Source: a virus
Lineage: Duplodnaviria > Caudoviricetes
Strand: one strand, 5' to 3'
Length of the DNA: 50,676 nt
Virus record (IMG/VR): IMGVR_UViG_3300025530_000406
Span: 1 to 50,676 of that record
Positions 45,400 through 50,676 of this stretch are shown here, piece after piece. The notes beneath the pieces were generated by a model that saw only the letters and a list, made by a program, of their open reading frames with translations, was not told the DNA's origin and did not search any database. The position numbers and the translations under genes are program-made. Position 1 is the stretch's first letter. Each line of letters opens with the position of its first letter.

Positions 45400-45510
45400 A
45401 TGGACATCGCTCAGGAAATCTTAGCCATCTATAGGCTTGCACGTGACGGCAAAATCACAGCTCGCGAAGCACTCGAAAAAGCGCACCAACTTCGTATCCA
45501 AGGAAGGTGA
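45400..45510 (+). CDS. 36-aa hypothetical peptide
   Basis: MDIAQEILAIYRLARDGKITAREALEKAHQLRIQGR; AAGGAG/GAGGG RBS. Confidence 0.5.
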   Translation: MDIAQEILAIYRLARDGKITAREALEKAHQLRIQGR

Positions 45511-45515
45511 ATCCC

Positions 45516-46058
45516 ATGAGCATCAATAAACCCCAAAGAGACTTTGCGAAAGACCGCGCGATATGCGAGGCGGCAACGCCGGGGCCGTGGATGAACGATA
45601 ACCTTTCGAACAGTCTTATTTGGGGACCAAAGGGTCCGGGATTTGGGTTGATTGCGAAAGCCAACTATGGAATCTTGTGGCGAGACAATGCCAGATTCAT
45701 CGCCGAAGCCCGTACCGGATGGCCTGCGGCGTTGGATGAGATCGAACGTCTGCGGGCGGCGTTGGAGTGGTACGCTCTACAAACGACATACGAATACATC
45801 AAAGACGAATCAGCACCGATCCTCGAAGATCGTGGAGAACGGGCAAGAAAGGCTCTCTATGAACAAGCCCTATCCACAACCAAACCAACAGGGGCGGAAC
45901 GGGTGAGGGAGTTGTGGGCACTGAACACCGAAGAAGGCAACCGCGCAGATGAAGAATATCTCGCCGGTATCGTGGATACGTTGAACGCACTTGGAATCAA
46001 AATCCCCGGCATCAACGCGCCGGGGATGGAGGGGCAGGGAGGCCAGGTATCCGGATGA
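45516..46058 (+). CDS. Ead/Ea22-like protein
   Basis: EAATPGPW...NARFIAEAR...LDEIERLR. Confidence 0.75.
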   Translation: MSINKPQRDFAKDRAICEAATPGPWMNDNLSNSLIWGPKGPGFGLIAKANYGILWRDNARFIAEARTGWPAALDEIERLRAALEWYALQTTYEYIKDESAPILEDRGERARKALYEQALSTTKPTGAERVRELWALNTEEGNRADEEYLAGIVDTLNALGIKIPGINAPGMEGQGGQVSG

Positions 46059-46399
46059 GGGAAAAACGACTGGACTTGACCACCGCCACCAAAAACCAAC
46101 TCCTACAGATCGCGCTGTACGAAGATTGCAGCCTGGACCTCAAATATGCCGCTTGCCGTGAGCTGCAGCGGAGGGGCAAGAGCCATAACCCCGACACGTT
46201 TGACAACTATACGCCCCGCGAAGAACGCTATATTGCCAATCTTTATTTGCACGGCTACTTGATAAGCGACATCGCATATCGATTTGGCCGGAGCAAAAAC
46301 GCCATCAAAACAAAACTCCGAAAAATGCACAAAAAAGGCTTGCCCTATCGCTCATGTACTCGTTGGTCCAAAAGCGGTAGGGTGCCTGGGAGAAGGTGA
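46055..46399 (+). CDS. HTH-containing protein
   Basis: YTPREE...ISDIAYRFGRSKNAIKTKL. Confidence 0.65.
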   Translation: MREKRLDLTTATKNQLLQIALYEDCSLDLKYAACRELQRRGKSHNPDTFDNYTPREERYIANLYLHGYLISDIAYRFGRSKNAIKTKLRKMHKKGLPYRSCTRWSKSGRVPGRR

Positions 46400-46403
46400 G
46401 AAT

Positions 46404-46631
46404 GTGAACGACATATGCAGATTTCCCAGTTGCGCAAGGCAGGCCACGACGACCTGGGCCCTAGTGCCGCTGTGCAACGAGCACCGCAGAGCGATTCTGG
46501 ATGAAACGCGAGAATACTACAAAGGCCGTAAGCCCTATTGGGGACGCGAAGCATACCACCATATCAGCCATCTGATCCCTTGGAGTCTGGCCTTTAAGGA
46601 GGGCGTTACCAATGCGAGTTGTCGGTATTGA
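46404..46631 (+). CDS. Small Cys/His protein
   Basis: CRFPSC...LCNEH; GTG start after AAGGTG. Confidence 0.55.
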   Translation: MNDICRFPSCARQATTTWALVPLCNEHRRAILDETREYYKGRKPYWGREAYHHISHLIPWSLAFKEGVTNASCRY

Positions 46632-47211
46632 CCCGAGTTCCAAGACTGGATTAGTAGCCCTAGACGCGGCCGGAAAGGTTTTGCGGGCAAAGGAGTTGAC
46701 CGGCGTCGGCGACAAGGACCCTAAGCGCATGGCGACGCTGATCGACGAGATTATGGCACACATTCAGCCAGGAGACATCGTCGCAATCGAGGGTTTTGCC
46801 CACAATGCCGGATTTGGAAAAAAGAAAAGCCAGTCTCACGATTTTCAGTATGGACTTGGCTGGGGAATTCGCATTGCGCTTCACCGCCGCGGAATCAAGT
46901 ATATCGACGTGGCCCCGACGCAGCTTAAAAAATTTGTCGGTGTGACCGGTTGGGAAGGCGAGCCGGGAAGCAAGCGGCGCCTGACCGACAAGGAGAAAAA
47001 GAAGGCCGTTATGGAGGCCGTACGCAATCGCTATTCTTTCATCCATCCGAGCGACAACGTCAACGACGCTTTCGTGCTGGCCAAGATCGCCGAAATACTG
47101 CACGATGTCCAGAATGGCCAAGCGCTCGAATGTTATCGAAAGGAAGAGGCTGATGTCATTCAGGCGATCCTCAGTCCTTCCGAAAAGAAGCGGAAGAAGG
47201 CAGCGAAGTAG
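46612..47211 (+). CDS. RuvC-like Holliday junction resolvase
   Basis: VGIDPS, IEG, P.QLKKF, DNVNDA catalytic pattern. Confidence 0.85.
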   Translation: MRVVGIDPSSKTGLVALDAAGKVLRAKELTGVGDKDPKRMATLIDEIMAHIQPGDIVAIEGFAHNAGFGKKKSQSHDFQYGLGWGIRIALHRRGIKYIDVAPTQLKKFVGVTGWEGEPGSKRRLTDKEKKKAVMEAVRNRYSFIHPSDNVNDAFVLAKIAEILHDVQNGQALECYRKEEADVIQAILSPSEKKRKKAAK

Positions 47212-47228
47212 CTATTTTTTTGCCTATG

Positions 47229-47246
47229 GTGATACGAACTCGTATC
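47229..47246. promoter_or_regulatory. Distal copy of the switch operator
   Basis: GTGATACGAACTCGTATC resembles GTGATGCGAAGACGTATC at 34199-34216. Confidence 0.55.
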
Positions 47247-47354
47247 GGTTCGATACAGAAGCGCAACGTTTCGCCAAGGCAATTTATCCAGCCAAACTTT
47301 ACGATGCCTCAGATAGGCGCGTAGAAGCCCACAACCACATCGGGAGGTGAGACA

Positions 47355-47609
47355 TTGAAAGTTCACATTGAAGGCAACCTGTACCTTGAATCAGACGATC
47401 TTCAATTCGTGCTTAAAGAGTACACCGGGGCCAAAGACAAAACCGGCCGCGAACTTTACAAGACCCTCGGTTATTTTACCGACATCCGCAGCGCGATTCG
47501 GTTTTTGCTGAAAAAGAAGATCATGCAATCGACCGCAAGCACCCTGTCTGAGCTTTTGCAGGTTGTCGAAAGGATTCACCGGGACATTAACACCCGGATC
47601 AAAGTTTGA
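47355..47609 (+). CDS. Hypothetical phage protein
   Basis: GGAGGTG RBS; SDDLQFVL...GYF motif. Confidence 0.7.
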   Translation: MKVHIEGNLYLESDDLQFVLKEYTGAKDKTGRELYKTLGYFTDIRSAIRFLLKKKIMQSTASTLSELLQVVERIHRDINTRIKV

Positions 47610-47668
47610 TGTCTGTATACGGCTTGTAGAGCCTCACAACCACAAATTCAAAAAAGGAGATATGAACC

Positions 47669-48304
47669 ATGGCAGTTGAACTGAACGTACTTTTCAAATC
47701 CATGCAACGCGACGACAAGAAAGAAGTCCTGAAATTCGAAATCAAGGGCGAGGAAATGCCGTTCGCGCAAAGCCTGGTCGAAATGGCCGGCGGGATCGTT
47801 GTTTTTGATGTCGAAGGCTGCGAAGCCGGCGAGACGACCGCGGAATTCGCTACCCTGCAGCGTGACAGTAAGAAAACCGTTTTGAAGTTCAACATCAAAG
47901 GCGACAGCGAAGACAAGGCGATCAAGCTGTACCGTCATGCCGGCACGAACGTTAAACTCCGGATACAGGCTGCGCAAATTAGCATCGACGAATATTACGG
48001 CGAAGACGAACATGAGGGTATCGAATACAGGGTAAACCCGGACGGTACGGTTGACGTATCCGATGATAACCAGTTGGCAATTGAAGACGTCGCGGAAGCC
48101 TCCGAGGACGCAGAGGCTACATCCGAAGGGGGAGACGAGGCCGCCTCCGAAGAAGCGGCAGAAGCCGAGAACACGGAAACCGAAAAAGTGGCCGATCTGG
48201 CGAAAGCACGGACGAAGCGCATCCGGAAGAAAAAGGACGAGACCGCTGAAAAAGCGAACGACGAGGACACGCTGCCTACTGCCGACGACGACCTGCCGTT
48301 CTAA
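47669..48304 (+). CDS. Hypothetical acidic protein with an internal duplication
   Basis: QRDDKKEVLKFEIKG / QRDSKKTVLKFNIKG; ends DDDLPF like SSB tails. Confidence 0.7.
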   Translation: MAVELNVLFKSMQRDDKKEVLKFEIKGEEMPFAQSLVEMAGGIVVFDVEGCEAGETTAEFATLQRDSKKTVLKFNIKGDSEDKAIKLYRHAGTNVKLRIQAAQISIDEYYGEDEHEGIEYRVNPDGTVDVSDDNQLAIEDVAEASEDAEATSEGGDEAASEEAAEAENTETEKVADLAKARTKRIRKKKDETAEKANDEDTLPTADDDLPF

Positions 48305-48377
48305 GAGGGTCAGCAATTAAGCAAACAGCCCCGGCTGCGTGCCGGCCGGGGTATTCCGCAAGGAAGGGGGCACGCAC

Positions 48378-48851
48378 TTGGAGCAAGTAACCCTCGGACA
48401 TGACTTTCTCCCCGAACTAGATCGCAAGGCCACTCAAAAAGCCGTTGAGGCCGCGCTGGAACGGTACCGGCTTTACAAATATCTGACGTTTGAAGAACGC
48501 GAGGCAAGCATCACAGCTTCGCCGGAACCGCGTTATCACGGGGCGACGAACAAGACTGGCGATCAAACGGCGGACGTAGCGATCTACAACGTCGACGAGC
48601 AGGAGCGGCGCCGCCAATATTGTGAACGTATTGAAAGAGCTGTTAAACGGCTGCCGCGCATGGAGCGCTTTTTGATCGAGGAGCGCTACATGACCATTGA
48701 TGCACAGTATATCACCGATTATCACGTTTACACGGTACGATTCCAGCCGGCTATCAGCGAGGGGACTTATGCAAAGATTCGTTGGCGCGCGTTTTACAAA
48801 TTGGCCCTTTCACTTAATATCGCGGTCGTTAAAGAAATTGAGCCCGAATAA
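48378..48851 (+). CDS. ArpU/RinA-family transcriptional regulator
   Basis: LDRKATQKAVE..LERYR...ERFLIEERY...AFYKLA. Confidence 0.85.
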   Translation: MEQVTLGHDFLPELDRKATQKAVEAALERYRLYKYLTFEEREASITASPEPRYHGATNKTGDQTADVAIYNVDEQERRRQYCERIERAVKRLPRMERFLIEERYMTIDAQYITDYHVYTVRFQPAISEGTYAKIRWRAFYKLALSLNIAVVKEIEPE

Positions 48852-48906
48852 GACGAGTTGGATTCCCAATATATTGATTCAAGAAGGCAAGTAAAGGGGG
48901 AGGGGC

Positions 48907-49065
48907 ATGGAATTCACCGTCACTGAAAAAAACGGAACCCAACCCATTGAGGACTGGCTAGTTCCCGGAATCAAGGAACACGCCAAAAAGAAGTTTGGAA
49001 TCATTCTGAATGTAGAAATCAAACGGGACGAAGAAAAACCAAGAGAAGAGGGGGCCTCGAAGTAG
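48907..49065 (+). CDS. 52-aa protein (candidate recombination directionality factor)
   Basis: Strong RBS GGGGAGGGG; last gene before the terminator and integrase; function inferred from position only. Confidence 0.5.
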   Translation: MEFTVTEKNGTQPIEDWLVPGIKEHAKKKFGIILNVEIKRDEEKPREEGASK

Positions 49066-49079
49066 GCCCCTTATTTTTT
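49049..49079 (+). terminator. Intrinsic terminator before the integrase
   Basis: GGGGCCT-CGAAGT-AGGCCCC then TTATTTTTT. Confidence 0.75.
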
Positions 49080-49128
49080 AGTTAATTAATTGTTTGCTCA
49101 TCATTATGGATGTTGTTAAAATTAACTA
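49079..49128. promoter_or_regulatory. Integrase promoter inside a 50-bp att-like inverted repeat
   Basis: TAGTTAATT...AATTAACTA; TTGCTC-17-TAAAAT with TG extension. Confidence 0.5.
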
Positions 49129-49146
49129 TAACATGGGAGGGATACT

Positions 49147-50676
49147 ATGCAGGAAAAAATTAAATGTGCGATATATGCTAGGGACAGCACAGACCAACAA
49201 GGCGACACAATCGAAAACCAGATCAGTCAGGGCAAAGAATACATTTCACGCTTGGGCGATCAGTACGACGCGGAGGACGTAGCGATATTCATTGACCACG
49301 CGGTTTCCGGTTACTATACGAGCGTGTTTGAACGGCAAGCGATGAAAGATGCCGTAGCCGGCGCCAAACGTGGGGATTTTAAACTGATTCTTTTTAAAGA
49401 AGTCAGTCGCGTCGGGCGGGACAAGCAAGAAAACCCGGCGATTGTCGGGATTTTTGAGCAGTACGGGGTGCGTGTAATTGCGATCAATGACAACTACGAC
49501 AGCTTGAATAAAGATAACGTGACATTCGGCATCCTTTCCGTGTTGGCTGAACAGGAGAGTATAAAAATTTCCTCCCGCGTCAGTAGCGCAAAGAAACAGA
49601 AGGCGAGGCGGGGCCTTTGGAACACAGACGCGCCAATCGGCTATCGTTTGAACTCCGAAACCAAAAAGCTTGAAATCGATCCAGACAGCAAAGAGATCGT
49701 GGAGTCCATTTTTCACATGTATGTTCACCGCGGGATTGGATCGTTTCTTATCGCGCAACACTTGAACCGAAACGGAAAAAAGACACGGGATGGCAATCCG
49801 TTTAGTCGGGAGTCCGTCAAACGAATCCTCCGGAACCAGGCCTACATCGGGAATACGGTTTACGGCAAAAAGCGAAACGAACTCAGGCGTGAATATGATG
49901 ACTCAGGCAAAATGACCAAACGAAAAGTACAGGTAAAGATCGATCCGAAGGATTGGACGATTGTCGAAGGAACGCATGAGCCGATCATTGACAAAGAAAC
50001 GTTTTACGCTGCCCAAAGAATCTTGGCTGGCCGTGGACACCACAGGACGCCGCGAAGGGCATACCATCCCCTAACGGGTATTTTGTTTTGCGCAAAATGC
50101 GGACAAGGCATGGTCTGCCAAAAGCGAAGCTTTCAAAGCAAACAATACCGATACTATATTTGCAAGACGTATCACAAATACGGTCGCAATGCATGCCCTC
50201 AGGCGAATGTTAATGCTGACGAATTGGAAATGAAGGTGATTAGTGTCGTTCGCGGCCGCTTGTCTGCTTTGTCCACTTCAAATATCATCGCTTCGGCTGA
50301 TAGGAGCGTGGATTTATCGAGGCTGGAGAATGAACGGAAGACCAAACAAAAGCAGCGGGAGAAATTGCAAAAAGATCAAATCGATATTTTCGGCCAGCGT
50401 GATTTGTTCGACGATCAAACATATCAAGGCATGATGGTTTCGTTAAAAAAGCAGATTCAAACCATTGACGAGGAAATAGCCATTTTGGACGGACAAATAA
50501 AGGCGATCCGCGAAGAGTCAAGCCAGACAGCAAACGTAGTGAACATTATCGAGGACTTCCTATCTCTCGATGTGAATGATACCGAAAGGCTACGGACGAT
50601 TCTGCATGAATTGATCGAGAAGATCACGCTCGCGGACAATCATATCGACATTCGTTATCGTTATTCCATTATGTAG
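49147..50676 (+). CDS. Large serine recombinase (integrase)
   Basis: YARDST catalytic Ser, SRVGR, APIGY recombinase domain, CAKCG...YYIC...C zinc ribbon, coiled coil. Confidence 0.95.
   Translation: MQEKIKCAIYARDSTDQQGDTIENQISQGKEYISRLGDQYDAEDVAIFIDHAVSGYYTSVFERQAMKDAVAGAKRGDFKLILFKEVSRVGRDKQENPAIVGIFEQYGVRVIAINDNYDSLNKDNVTFGILSVLAEQESIKISSRVSSAKKQKARRGLWNTDAPIGYRLNSETKKLEIDPDSKEIVESIFHMYVHRGIGSFLIAQHLNRNGKKTRDGNPFSRESVKRILRNQAYIGNTVYGKKRNELRREYDDSGKMTKRKVQVKIDPKDWTIVEGTHEPIIDKETFYAAQRILAGRGHHRTPRRAYHPLTGILFCAKCGQGMVCQKRSFQSKQYRYYICKTYHKYGRNACPQANVNADELEMKVISVVRGRLSALSTSNIIASADRSVDLSRLENERKTKQKQREKLQKDQIDIFGQRDLFDDQTYQGMMVSLKKQIQTIDEEIAILDGQIKAIREESSQTANVVNIIEDFLSLDVNDTERLRTILHELIEKITLADNHIDIRYRYSIM

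Larger units (their letters stand above)
1..50676. mobile_element. Temperate myophage/prophage (lambda-like head, P2-like tail)
   Basis: Complete packaging, head, tail, lysis, immunity, replication and integrase modules. Confidence 0.95.

Overview
A near-complete temperate myophage (prophage) of a spore-forming Bacillota host, probably Paenibacillaceae (inferred from the SigG, SigA and LexA/DinR sites and the gene families). Gene order: Xpf-like late sigma factor; a lambda-like cos region, Nu1/gpA terminase and lambda-type head; a P2-like contractile tail with a 1.6-kaa mosaic fibre; lysis genes; a ~7-kb accessory block (26.3-33.5 kb); a repressor/Cro switch; recombination, replication and DNA-metabolism genes; ArpU; and a large serine integrase at the right end. 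The strongest signal is in the accessory block, which looks like a combined RNA and protein anti-CRISPR island. It holds a solitary type I-C CRISPR repeat with its own sigma-A promoter and terminator (a candidate crRNA mimic, Racr-like). This faces three leftward cassettes of small unknown ORFs with near-consensus promoters (two with palindromic operators, two ending in HTH genes), one of which contains a complete hammerhead ribozyme. Also present: a two-frame split C5 methyltransferase, a SigG-driven SASP gene, an SOS-boxed Panacea-type toxin-antitoxin pair, an unexplained structured RNA after the late sigma gene, and an att-like 50-bp inverted repeat over the integrase promoter. All calls come from reading motifs by eye; no database searches or folding programs were run.
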